NCBI GenBank assembly: GCA_028023455.1
Contig: JAQFVV010000006.1
Location: 11,408,001 to 11,472,000 of the forward strand
Source of the DNA: Epiperipatus broadwayi
Lineage: Eukaryota; Animalia; Onychophora
DNA length: 64,000 nucleotides
Reading direction: 5' to 3'
The translations under genes and the position numbers were made by a program. Below the pieces are notes generated by a model. It was not told the DNA's origin. It made no database searches and was given only the letters and a program-made list of their open reading frames with translations. This document shows positions 10,459-22,951 of the stretch, in pieces. How positions within the stretch are numbered: position 1 is the stretch's first letter; each line of letters begins with the position of its first letter.

Positions 10459-12342
10459 AGCAAGATTTTGAACCAATTTTACTTTTACTGATTCCAGGTG
10501 TGGTCGTTAATGACACTTGTTTACAACCAAAAATCTTTTTAATTACTTGACCAGCTTTTATTTTTTAATTTTACAAAAAATAAGAAACTCTTTTATTAAA
10601 ACAACTTTTTAACATTTTTTTTTTTAAACGAAAACCTTTTTAACATATTTTTTCAAATAAATTATAAAATATTTTGATATAACTTTTAAATATAATTTCA
10701 AGAAACTTTTTCTTTGAAATATATTTAAAGCAAGAAATCTTTTAACAGATTTTTAAAGAAACATTTAATATTATTTTTAGATAACAGCTTTTAAATATTT
10801 TAAAATCATGCCTACCTTATATATAGCACAGATTATATATCCACATACGAATTTATAATATTAACAACAAAATTAATAATTTACTTCTAACTTTAATAAT
10901 AGAACAAACATTTTTATAAATATTAAGTGGATTTGGGATGCTATAATTTTACTAATCCTATCTAATTATAGCGTTGGTTCGCACGTAAATATATAATACT
11001 GTTTAGACAGACATGAGCTAATTTTAAAAATTATTACATTAAATAGGTTCGAACTTAGCATAGATGAGTGTGTCATTAGGTTTGATGATGAAACGATAAG
11101 GGCTTGGAAAGTTATCGTTTCACTATACACTTTAGATACAACAATTCATCACATTTAATTATCACCAATGGATACTAGATGGTGCTGTTACATCCACATT
11201 CCATATGAATTTTCTTGAATGTGGCCATTTTCGATAAGGACCAGGACTTAACATTATATACACAGCAACCAAATTTTACTTTTTCACTACTATCATAACC
11301 TATATAGCTATAAAAGCAGGTGAGCTTGGATTCAATCTTTAAAGTATGTTGGAATCTCAAGTTTTAATGTAAAAGAAGTTAAGATGGCTTCTGCATGCGT
11401 AAATGCAAATCCTGTTTGATATTGAAGATGGTCAATAGTCAGAAACTAGTCTGAGGATGTGGAGATAACACTACCATCTTTAAGCTTGTGATGTCTATAA
11501 AATTACGGGAAATAGATAGAATTACCATTATTAATAGAGTTGTATTAATGGTAAGTAGAGAAAGATGATATTTACTAAATACTTATTTATTTATTGTATG
11601 ATTTTTTTTAAAAAAAAAACAGCTTAACTATTAACAAAATATCATAAAGAAACTGCAGAGATTCTCCAACCAGTAAATAAAATTATTAGCAGCTTTATTA
11701 AATTGTTTGACTTTGTCACTGATTCAACTGTCATTAATTAAGTGATATGTTTATTCAAATCGACATAGATCAAAGGATATTAAATTCCAATTACAAAGCA
11801 GATGAGTCCAACGATCATGGATTACCCTGAATCTGTTGATGAACCTCCAGTAATGTTTAGGAAAATCAAATTCACTTGGTTTTACAGCGGGATCTAGAAA
11901 AGGACATTTCTTTGAAGCCTTCTATGATTTTTTTTTTGTGCAATAATTTTCTAGATGCAGATTCTTGGTTGAATATCGAGACAAGGACTCTTGTTTTGAG
12001 ATAAGTTTTTGGTGGTGAAATTATATCTTGGTTACTGGCAAGGTTAATCCATTTAGCATCTTTTTATTTAAATTCTGTGGGCAATTTTCTCTTCTGATAT
12101 TTGTTGGAAGAATATGTGAAAGAAGAGGAACAAGTGGAAAAGGATAGACTTGAGCATGCTAGTAATATTTCTCATGGTGATAATTGAATTTCCAAAAGTT
12201 TGGGGTTGCAAAATCCACCAGTAAAATGTACTAATAATAAGGAAGCTATCTGTAAAGCTCTCGCTTCACAACCCTAAATAAGGACAGTCAGCTTTTCAAA
12301 GAACATTACTTCCAGAAATTAATCTCAATAATTGCAAGGAAA

Positions 12343-12905
12343 TCAAGTCATACATCATGTGACTTAATTTAAGAAACTTGTATTACAAATGTTATATAAT
12401 GAGCTTGCCAATAGTTCTTAACAAGTTTTTCAGAATATCCCTATCCTCAGACCGGTTTCATGCTTTTGGCATTCTTCAGTGAGGTGCTAGGATAAACAAG
12501 CATTAGATTTAAAATACCAGATCAAGTCCAGCAGTTTATTTAATGTTTAAGTATTAAGTAAAAAAATCTGAAATTTTCAGACATCCATATGTCTTCAAAT
12601 CCAGCTATCTAATTCAAATAGCCATATGGGACTGAACAGATACACCATATATTAATAGCTTTAGCAATATAAAATCGTCAAAGCCTTAAGAGCAATAACA
12701 ATAGCTTAAGACATATGGGTGTCTGAAAAATTCAGATTTTCTACTTAGTAGTTAAACATTAAGTGGTGAGCTTTGACTGGAATTTTAAATCTAATGCTTG
12801 AATATCCTAGCGCCTCTGAGAAATGCCAAAACCATGAAACCAGTCCAAGGATAAAGATATTCTGAAAAGCTTATTGAGAGCTATTGGCATGCTTATTATA
12901 TAATA
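12343..12905. mobile_element. Family C hammerhead-bearing fold-back element
   Basis: Inverted arms about 12410-12595 and 12705-12905, with an extra 50-60 nt tail at the left end only. A tail fragment recurs at about 60538-60600. Confidence 0.75.
12445..12484 (-). ncRNA. Type I minimal hammerhead ribozyme (family C)
   Basis: CCUCA-CUGAAGA-AUGC-CAAAA-GCAU-GAAAC-CG-GUC-UGAGG, with palindrome ACCGGU and all three stems paired. Confidence 0.8.
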
Positions 12906-15083
12906 TAGAAATTAATCTAGATCTACTGTTAGATAAAAGAGAAAAATAAGTTACAATCCAAGGTTTACTCTTAAGTAGCATGGGATAGGTTTGTAGTACA
13001 GTCTATTTGTTGTGTTTACTGCATAATTATATGTAAACATAAATTCATGAAATCCGATGAATATTTATTTATTAAATAAATCTAAAAATGTGTACAATAC
13101 ATAAAATTATTATACTGTACCTTCACCTGATACAGTTTGTAAGATATAGATTGTATCTAGTTGCCTTGTGACTATAGGACAAAGGGACTTCAGATGGCCT
13201 TATAAGTTTACCTACCACTTCCAGCTATACAGTAACAGCTTGTTCGTGAGAAGCTATGGCGATACTTCCGGCTCTATTCGGTGATAGCTTGCCTCATGTC
13301 TGATTTATGTCTGGCAGTTTACAGTTCTACTGTGAACTTGCTTCACCTCTCAGGCATATAGTAGATGTATATACTGCTATATTATCTGCCCTTACTTCCA
13401 AACAGATTGACTATTTATGGCCAAATTTCCATCCATTACAGAAGCAATTGGATTCACTCAGTAACATCACCTATTGACCCATTCTTGCTATTGGATGTAT
13501 ATTAACTATTTGTATATCCATTGGGCCTTGGCAATAAATGCTCAATCTGATCAAGATACGATGAAATCAGGACTAGTCCATTATTTGAAAGAAAGATGAG
13601 ATATAACAATATTATTGCGAGAAGTTATAGGGAGATCACAAGATGTTTCCCTGTTATTTAGATGAAAAGTTGAGTACACAGTTTTCATGGTACTAGGAGC
13701 AACACCCCAGTCTTTGAAAAAGATTTTTTATCTTTTCATATTTGTATTGAGAGATTTTTCTATTTCAGGAAAAGTTGATCCCTTTTGTAAAGTCAAAGCA
13801 ATATTATTAGCATAAATAAATTTCTTGTGTTCTGTTTCTGGAATATGATGGACAGATGTATTAAAATAGATGAAAGAATTGAATCTTGTAGTAAATCATT
13901 CTATAAAGTTTTGTTTCTAGATAGCATTTTGTCAACTTTTAGGATATTATTTTTTCAACCAGAACGATAATCTGAGGTAGCGCTAGACATATTTTGAAAA
14001 CTTTTTTCAATGTGCAAAAGACAAATCTTGTTTGCAGCACGTTCTTTCTGGTCTGAACCGTGTCTGCCCTACAGGTAGATGATTATCAACTATCAGTAAT
14101 ATTCTTGTTCATACGATTCTTTCAAAATTTCAATACTGGGTGACAATTTTTGAGGATATTTAAGACAGTATAATTTTATTTTATGCCAAATCTTTGGAAT
14201 AATTTCTGTATGAAAAATATTACTGAACAGTTTTGTCCTTTTATTTTAGATTGTAAAATTTTTTAGTAACTGTGGAAGTACGCCGTCTGTAATGGGCCTG
14301 TCCTAGTTTAAGACATACAAGGTCCAACTCAAGTGCAATATCCAGTTTATCATATCAATATTAAGAGGAACACTGTCAAAGAGAAACTTATAGATCGCTC
14401 TAATAATAATTTTTCCCATTGTTAGGTTTAGAAATCTGATCTGTAAGATTGGTCATTTTATTAGTTCTTACGAAATAACCAGACTTTTTGATTAGATCTT
14501 GTAAAATTTTGTTTACCATGGCCTCTCTCCACTTTTCTTTACTGGCAACATCCAGAAATTTTACAAGTTAGTCAACAATTTTTGAATTGTTAGAAACCAA
14601 AAATCGGCTATAAAGAGTATTGCTGGTTTCATTCCAACCTGGACGAAATTGCTTTCAATATCTACAAGGGATGAATTCTTTGACAGCTACTGTTAGGGTC
14701 AGTTAAACATATCATAACAAAAGTGAGTTGGGAGAGATTTTGTGAATATTTCATCCAACATATGCAATATATTGATTCCAGTTAGCTTTCCTTAAATTCT
14801 ATTTTGGAACAATCTCTATTGATATTAGTTTACTTTCTCCATAGCCAATATGAAAGCATATATCAGAAGTTGTTTCTTTTGCTCATTTGTCTGAATGGGG
14901 ATTGCTTCTTCTTGTATGACATTGTAAAATATGTTCTTTAAATCCATTCTAAAAGTCGATAAAAGCTATTACAAGAATTAAAAAATCTCAGGTGGAGGAA
15001 GACTTGAAAAAAGAAAGTAGGGCCAGTTTGTATTGGTAAGTTTGTAAATACTGTGTATGTAAAAATCATTTATTCAAATGGGA

Positions 15084-15940
15084 ATCATCATCATCATCAT
15101 CAACCATTATCAATCCACTGCAGGATGAAGGTCTCTCCAAAAACTCAATCCATCTTCACCGATCTTTAGCTTCTCTTCTCCACATCACCCCTACACACTT
15201 TCTCATCTCATTCCATTCATCTCATATGTGGTCTCTTTCTGGGTCTCTTACAATCTCTTGGAATCCCGTTTGAGACTGCAATTGTCCATCTATTATCATC
15301 TCTTCTAGCAATATGTCCAGCCCAACTCCAGTCTTTTAATTTTTTCAATGAGGTCAGTAACACCTGTTTGTTCTCTTACCCATACATTGCGTTTTCGATC
15401 TCTTCTTGTTACTCCCAGCATGCATCTCTCCATACTTCTTTGAGTGGTCTGAAGTCTCTGTATTGTTCTTCTATTAAGTGTCCAAGTCTCAGATCCATAA
15501 GTAAGAACAGCAAAACACATTTGTTAAAAACCTTCCTTTTCAAACACATAGGCATATTTCCTTTTAGTATCAAGTTATTTCTACCAAAAGCACTCCAACC
15601 AAGTTTAATTCTATGATTAATTTCATCCATTATGTTTCCATCTGTATTAATAATCTGACCAAGGTATTTGTAACTGTTAACTTCTTCTAATTCATCATAA
15701 TCAATCTTTATTTTCATATTTTGAGCAAATCGATTAAACATTACTTTAGTCTTTTTAACATTTATCTTTAGTCCTACTTTCTTACTTTCATCTGATAATT
15801 CCTGCAACATTTCCTGCAGCTCTGAAGCATTATTTGCAAAAACAACTACATCATCTGCAAAATCTAAATGACTTAAATAATCTCCATTTACTTTCACTCC
15901 TTATAGTTTCCCATTTTAATCCACAAAATACTTCATGCAG
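15084..15940 (-). mobile_element. 5'-truncated RTE-clade LINE
   Basis: ORFs 15409-15897 (HLDFADDVVV, YKYLGQ, GWSAFG) and 15305-15520 (TYGSETWTL, SMERCMLG), with an (ATG)n-type 3' tail seen as catcatcat at about 15085. Confidence 0.92.
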
Positions 15941-16059
15941 CTCTTGAATTATCTTCAATAGAAGTTGTCTCCTTAACAAGATGGTTTGAAACAGAGGTAG
16001 CCATACCATGTTTAGAATGTACTCCATCACGAATTAATGAAAATAATGGAATTTTAAAA

Positions 16060-16500
16060 ATCTGGACATGATGAGAAGATGATCACCCAAAGTCCAATTA
16101 TATCCACATTGTACTGAATAGTTCCATTTTCGATCTAGGATATATTTTCAATATTAGATTAAAGCAATTTCATTGTGTTTCAGTTGAAACGGGAACTCTA
16201 GATGTTCCATAGTTGTCATCATCAGATAATCATCTTTATTTCTAAAATCTAGGATCGTCACCTCTGTAGTCCTGACATGGATGTCTCCCATAATACATCC
16301 AGAGTTTGCATTAATAGCTTTATTGCATATGTTCATAATATGATGTTTTTAACCAGGAATTCCTTAAGATGAAGTATGGTTTCCATGTAAAGGTAATTCA
16401 TGTCATGTTGCGGATCACACAGTAGGATAATTGGCATCCATCTACCCTTATTAAATATTGATAATATATAATCACACTTTCCCTTATATTTGTGTAAAGA
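16060..16500 (-). mobile_element. Decayed LINE APE-endonuclease fragment
   Basis: Minus-strand peptides IMGDIHVRT (about GDFNAR) and GDHLLIM (about SDHLPI); clade unassigned. Confidence 0.35.
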
Positions 16501-17360
16501 GGCTAAATGAAGATGTACAAACGAAATATGATTTAGAAACTTATCATGATCAACATCGTTCTATGTCTGCAAATATACAAAAACCTGGAAAGATTTTTGA
16601 TTATAATCTATTCTCTATCATCTCTGCATAAATGACATGCACGCTTAACTCTAGAAATAATGACTAGAGGGGGTGGCGAGCAGAGAGCATTGATGTAAAT
16701 GTGAAATAGAAAAAGACAGTTTTCTGTTTTTCCTTTGATTAATTTACTCCCCACTGTGAGCTTAAAAGAAGACCAAATAAAGAAGTTAAAAACCTGCATA
16801 ATAGTTATAATGTAAGGGCTGCTAAAGTATAAGGAACTGAATCAATATGAGGTAATGAAAGGGTCTACGTTAGTATTTTAGTTCTGCCGTAAAAAATCAA
16901 ACTAATGTATCATCGGATAACTGATAATGAAATTGTTATGTTAATAATCCTTGGTGTTTTGTATCTTAATTTAATGTTATATATGCTTTTTGTTTTACTA
17001 TAATAATAAAATAACTAAAACTACAAACCTCTACGAACCTATTTTCATTTACGCAATTTCAGCTGAGTTTTAACTCCCTGAAAACACTGCAACATGCTAC
17101 ATAATTTAATGTAAAGGTGAGAACTACAGACACAAAGCTAAGACTTCTGGACGAGGAAAAATAAAATACAAATCGCACTTGGGTCAAACAAATGAAACTG
17201 TTTGCTTAACCTATCACTTTGGCATTTGCATCTCACATAATCTTCGAAGCAGCTGATTAGACGATTATATTATGTAAATGATTTTGTATTTAAAATGAAA
17301 AATTTAACTACTACAAAACATAGACAACCATTAATTAAAATTTTAAAAAAGGACACTTAC

Positions 17361-17563
17361 CCCTTGTGCGATAAATGAACCAGCCAAAGTTGTTGTTGAC
17401 CAAAAACACAAGCCAAAGAGTAGAATAACTTTACGACTAAATCTATCACCAAGGTAACCAAAAATAGGAGCTAGCACCATGTAGCAAGCGATGAAAACGG
17501 TCTGCAGAAGTCCAGCTTCTGAGTCATTTATACCGTAGAATTTCTGAACATCATCTAATACAC
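17361..17563 (-). CDS. spin/SPNS1-like: Internal coding exon of a Spinster (SPNS1-like) MFS lysosomal transporter
   Basis: Acceptor ttttaaatag|gt and donor ggg|gtaagt flank 203 nt that translate to (G)[67 protein letters not shown]. This matches the Spinster signature GLxQTVFIxxYMVLAPxFGYLGDRxxRK. Flanking exons were not found in the window. Confidence 0.9.
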
Positions 17564-18189
17564 CTATTTAAAAAAATATAAGCATTAACTTAATGATGAA
17601 CACTCAACAAACATGTAAAAATTTATTATTTAAATTAATTCCATTTATTTTCATTATACAGCTATCCCTAGGTAGTTTAGCATAGTGATAAAGTGCTCAA
17701 AAATTATAAGGTACTGCAATGCTGATGCTCAAATGTCACATAACCATTCATGCAACAAAACAATTATTTTCTATTACTATTATCCAGCTAGTTTTAAACA
17801 TTAAGAGAATATAATTTAAACCAGAGAAGGCAATGAACTAAATTACCCCTACTATTGTTAAAAACTCTGGCTTTTAAATAGTAGGGTTTATAAAATTTCT
17901 CCCCTAAAAATAAATATCTACTTCCCATACTCATACAAACAAGCAAATATTTCGTTATGGGACTGAGAACTCAATTAGACAGCTCTGAAGAATCCACCCC
18001 CCAAACAAATTGTCCAGGCATAATGAGAGATATCTAAATAAAAAATGCAAATTTATCATTTCAAGAGAAAGAAATTTAAAAATTCCTAAAAAATCAAATC
18101 TAAATTATCTTAAAACACTTAACAAATCACAAATATGTAAATTACATGCATAAAACTAAACTGATCAAATAGTAGGATATATAAATATC

Positions 18190-18290
18190 GGTACTGTTCT
18201 ATTAACTCGTGTCAGCCGCTTGATGGCATTGATAATATGCAAAAACACAGAAATATAATATTATTGGATATGAGCTAATAGAACAGTACC
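18190..18290. mobile_element. About 100-bp MITE-like element
   Basis: 24-bp inverted repeats ggtactgttctattaactcgtgtc / gatatgagctaatagaacagtacc. Confidence 0.55.
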
Positions 18291-18952
18291 TAAATATCTA
18301 ATTACAAAAATGATGTAAATAATAACACTGATATTTTCTACTTCATCATCAATCCTGATCAGCACAACTACATTAATAACATGCAATAACGCTGAAATTA
18401 TGACGAGAATTAAGAACTGTCCATAAAGTTAAAAAAATATATATATGAGATTAATGTATTTAAAGTAGATAAATAAGAAACTTTAGATAGTAAAATTAGA
18501 ATAAAGATAAATAATCAAGATTTTAGCAACACATTAAGAGATAATAGAATCAGATTTGAGCAATAATAAAAATCTTTCTATGACAAACGAGATCTTTGTT
18601 TAGAAGAAGAGCATTATAAGGTTTTGAAATATAATTTACCATAAATTTTTTTTTTTTTTTCAAGTTTTTGAATAAATGTGGAGAGAAATAAATAGGATAT
18701 GCTAGACCGATATCAAAAATCAGATGTTAAAAAAATTTAAATGGGGCTTTACAAAAAACCAAAAAACTGTGATCATCTGCTACAAAAATACATTTTTAAA
18801 AGATATAATAAAGGATATGAGAAAGAATAGAATTTTAGATGATTATTTGAAAAAGATTGTCCTTACTTCAAGCAAAAACTAGTAGAAAAGAACCCAATAG
18901 CTTTAAAAATTTGTTTGAAAGTTTGTGATGATGGGATTGTATTTAATTATAT

Positions 18953-19146
18953 AAACAAAGCAAAACTCTCCATACAGTAGTGCCACCCTGTGCCAACCAG
19001 AGTAATCAATGAATGCCAGAAGGCTTGTGCATAAAATCCTTATCATTGATTACTCTGGTTGGCACAGGGTGGCACTACTGTATGGAGTTTTGCTTTGTTT
19101 ATAAACACTTATGTGCTAGTATAAGAGATAGTGATCATGTGATAGT
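18953..19146. mobile_element. Family A short fold-back copy (no ribozyme segment)
   Basis: Near-perfect inverted arms around about 19035, with the sense tail gctagtataagagatagtgatcatgtgat on the right. Confidence 0.8.
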
Positions 19147-19199
19147 TAATTATATGTTGGACTAATTCCATCCTCTAATTTTAATTGATAAATACCTGC

Positions 19200-19275
19200 G
19201 AGATTTTGTGCAGTAGGTAGAGAATCTGACTTGGGATAGGAAAGTCGCAGGTTCAATTCTGGTGCTCACAGGTCT
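19200..19275 (+). mobile_element. Degenerate tRNA-derived SINE head
   Basis: tgcagtaggtagag... followed by B-box-like ggttcaattc; no full cloverleaf. Confidence 0.4.
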
Positions 19276-19971
19276 GGCATTCGAACTTCTTATGAACAGA
19301 GCAATAAGCTATATGCCTTTTTTTTTCTCTAATTGATAAATATCTTTAAAAAAAATTCAAATTTTATTTAAATGTTTCAAGTACATTAATTATTAATAAT
19401 GGCACACATATTAGTATATAACAATATTTTAAGTCATATTATTCTCCTCTCTTCTTCAGGTATTGCTGGCCTGACCAGCGACAGTTCTAGCAAGAGAATC
19501 AAACCTGGGACCTTCAGATCCATGAATGCTGAATTTTGTTTAAAATGTTATTAAAATTGGTCTCAAGTCAAATGACATGTTATTAGCTATCCAATCGATA
19601 GGACGTCAACAAAAGGCCCATCCGACAAAAATATAATCCATTCAGAATACTCCTGCTCAGGAGAGTATTCTAATACTCTCTCTAAGCAAAATCTTACACA
19701 GCAAAGTTGTTAAAGTTAGGTTACTTTAAAGTGTTCTAAATCAAAATAAATCTTTCTTAAGTGAATTAGATGGTATAAGCAATATAAAGCTTGCTTAAGC
19801 AAATCAGATCTTATAATCAAAATAATTATTTCTATGAAGTGACAGAAGACTAAAATTCAGACTTAAATTTACATATAATGATAATGTCCATAATTAGAAC
19901 CCGACCATCATCCATAGAGAAAACCATATATTATAATCATATTTTAGAGTTGTATACTTTGTGCATAGAAT

Positions 19972-20393
19972 CCCATCTCACCAAGTCATCTGAGACTTTT
20001 ACTCTTCATCTAATAATAACTAGATACCCATTTGCTGACCAATAATTGAATGCCAGATAGATCAGTTATGAGCTGGCTAGTTGAGCAAAAATGCTGGCCT
20101 GTGACCTGTGAAAATCTTTAAAAAATTATTTGATTCATAGTGAGAGTAGCACAGGGGTGGGCTAACTACAGCATAAGACCCTATCTCATCAAGTCACCTG
20201 AGACCTTTTCTCTTCATCTAATAATAACTAGATACCCATTTACTGACCAATAATGGAATGGGAAAATAGATTAGTTATGAGCTGGCTAGCTGGGAAAAAA
20301 TGCTGGCTTGTGACCTGTGAAAATCTTTAAAAGTTATATGATCCATAGTGAAGGTAGCACAGGGATGGGCTAATTACAATACAGGATTCTTAT
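19972..20393. repeat. Head-to-tail dimer of a 208-bp dispersed repeat (family F)
   Basis: atctcaccaagtca/atctcatcaagtca recur 208 bp apart; related sequence at about 44160-44275. Confidence 0.75.
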
Positions 20394-21330
20394 CAGACAA
20401 ATAGACATAATTGATTTTTTTTTTTTTAGAAATTTTACACATACAAATGTATGAATACGAGTTAACCATAACAATGGTGGGAAAACTGACTCGTGAACCA
20501 CGAAGTTCCATGCAGCTCAAGAGACTATTGGTTTTCATTGTCATTTTGTCTAATCTTTTATATTAATCATCTATAGTAGTACAATATATATCAATATTAG
20601 AATATTTTATTTCGTAAACGTTTTGAAGATAGGTAAAAGCCAGACTCAGAAATTTTAAATTTTTAGTTTTAAACGGTAACGTTTAAAAATCGGTTAATGT
20701 GAATTTTATAATATATTTGGTTGGCGAAAAGATTTTGACATTTAATGGTCTACAGCTCTTGGATAGTCAAAAACACTGAAAATTATTATATGTGGCTCTC
20801 ATTACTTAAAAAAAAAAAACTTGCTCATCTGATTTTTTTAAGTAGGTACAAATAACATAAATATTATAAGGCGTACAAGTTTGGACAAGAAAAAACCCAC
20901 CCAATATAACTATATAATAACTTTAAACATGTATGGTGGGGGTTAGACCACAACAACAATTAAACAAAAAGTAGATTAAGAATACAACTAATAAAAAAGC
21001 CTTAATACTATGCCTTAACGATAATAGGTATTGCAAGATATTTATGCACATTTATGTATAAATGAATCACTACGTTTGAATAAATCAAGTTAAATTATTA
21101 GAGCTAAATAGAACCAGACTGAACTTATTGTCTTCTGTATTGTTCTGATACTTTATGACATCAAAAATATTATTAAGAAACATATCAGGCTACACATATC
21201 GTAGAAATTATTGATAACTGATTTTTAAGATTTGATGCCAAGATTAAAAAGCAAGTAATGCAACGGCAGAAACTTGCTTCGGGTAATTATGGCATATATA
21301 GATATCTAGAAAGTTCTCATTGAAAGAGTA

Positions 21331-21880
21331 ACCAGTTCTCTCTCTGAACTGACTGCAGCACCATCTCTGAATCAATGCATGAATTAAATAGCAACATACA
21401 CAAAAAATTTATGCCACTATGGGCGACTGGTTCTCTCTCTGAGCTGCCTAAAGCTCCATCTCTGAATCAATGCTCGAGTTAAATAGCAACATACAAAAAA
21501 TTGTAAGCCATTAACATGCCTGGATCAAAAATTATGTACATGGAATGTGACAGTGTGTTTGATACCTTTGTGGATCATCTTCAATGCTTTCTCCACCATC
21601 ACGAATTTTTGCAAACTATTTGAAAACATTTTTACAACTCATGGCTTCACTGCCATCTTTACTTTGAATCATTTCAAATGTTCTAATACCACTAATGTCA
21701 GCGTATTATTCCGTTGCAGTTAATATATGAAACACTCCTATCACACTTTATATATCTCATGATCCAGACACCTTAGCATCTTAAAATTTTTGTGGCCAAT
21801 AGCCAAATTATGTTTCTGTGAAACACATGATTTAATTCAGAGATGGCATGAATGGCAGTTTGGAGAGAGAAGCAGTCACA
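21331..21880. repeat. Two tandem 95-bp units plus an inverted copy about 300 bp downstream
   Basis: ttctctctctga...ccatctctgaatcaatgc...ttaaatagcaacata occurs at 21331 and 21426; the inverted copy at about 21800-21880 reads ttaattcagagatgg...ggagagagaa. Confidence 0.55.
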
Positions 21881-22951
21881 GGCCACCATTCCTCCTGATT
21901 CACACAGGTGAATAAAATTTTAAAAAATATTTCTGGTTTCAAACAGGTTTAGGATTTTTTTTTTTTCAGACAGCTGTCCCAAATCTAACTCAACTAATTA
22001 AATATAGGTCAGTAAATGGATATCTAGCTAAACAAGGGCAAAAAAAGTCCTCAAACCTTTAGTACCTGATGATAGCCAAACTTGATGATGAACATGTCTT
22101 TTACGAATGTTTGTTGGAGCTGTTTTTGTCCTATAATGGACTATTTAAAGCTAAATTAACTTTTATTTATATATAAAATGTCAAACAAACAAATCTCAAT
22201 AATCATGTGACTGTTGAAATTTGTTTCATCAGTTGAGTTTGTATATATCATTGAAAGCAATGACACAAAATAAAGTAAACTTATTTAGCTATTTATCAGC
22301 AAATGGCCAAGAATATTTGAGATACAATTAATCCTTGGGCCATCTGAAATGGCTGGTTCAGTCAAAACATGTCACAGAAGCAGCATATTTGGAAAAGGTT
22401 GAAAAGAAACTTGACCTAATAATATAAAGTGTATTATTTATCTACCAACTATATCTATAAAATGAGGAAAAGAGTAACCAAGCTAAAATCAAATATGGGT
22501 CACAGACAAAAACAAAAAGAATTGAAAACATATCCTAGTTGAGAACATTACAATAGAATTATTACTTATTAATTCCATGCCCAAAATCAATGAATAAAAT
22601 AAATTATTAAAAGAATAAATATAAAGAAAAAAGGAAATACCAATGAAAATCTAATATATAAGTAAATTTTCATTATTAATAGATATTAATTATTATTACT
22701 TTCTTTTATATCTTTATGCATTGATCATATTAGCAAAGATAATTAATAACCCCTTTAATTTTTTACTCAATGTTTTGATCACTCAACAGCCTTCCTCAGA
22801 ACAACAAAACATTTAAATACATAAAGCTACCCAGACATATAATACAATTATATCAAAAACATCTAAAATTCCTATACCTTTATAATTATATGTACCTAAA
22901 ATTCATAATTTTATTAGTTATACAAGTATAATATATATATACCTAAGCTAG

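Larger units (their letters stand above)
11700..14960 (-). mobile_element. Decayed Ingi/Vingi-like LINE (post-EN linker, RT, C-terminus), interrupted by family C
   Basis: Frame-broken minus-strand peptides KKFIYANNIAL (about YADD), STFHLNNRE and FDFPKHYWRFINRFRVIHDRW resemble Ingi/Vingi motifs (FHLNNREA; W..LNR.RTGHGRC). Confidence 0.6.

Noticed and set aside
13283-13295. Minus-strand EASY peptide resembling the next Spinster exon (GEASYSTIAP)
   Set aside because: Flanking residues do not match, a stop follows, and it lies within a repeated Vingi-like remnant.
18450-18950. DNA transposase remnant (LKICLKVCDDG), and similarly 51300-51750
   Set aside because: Only a vague motif resemblance in stop-ridden frames; cannot be supported without a profile search.
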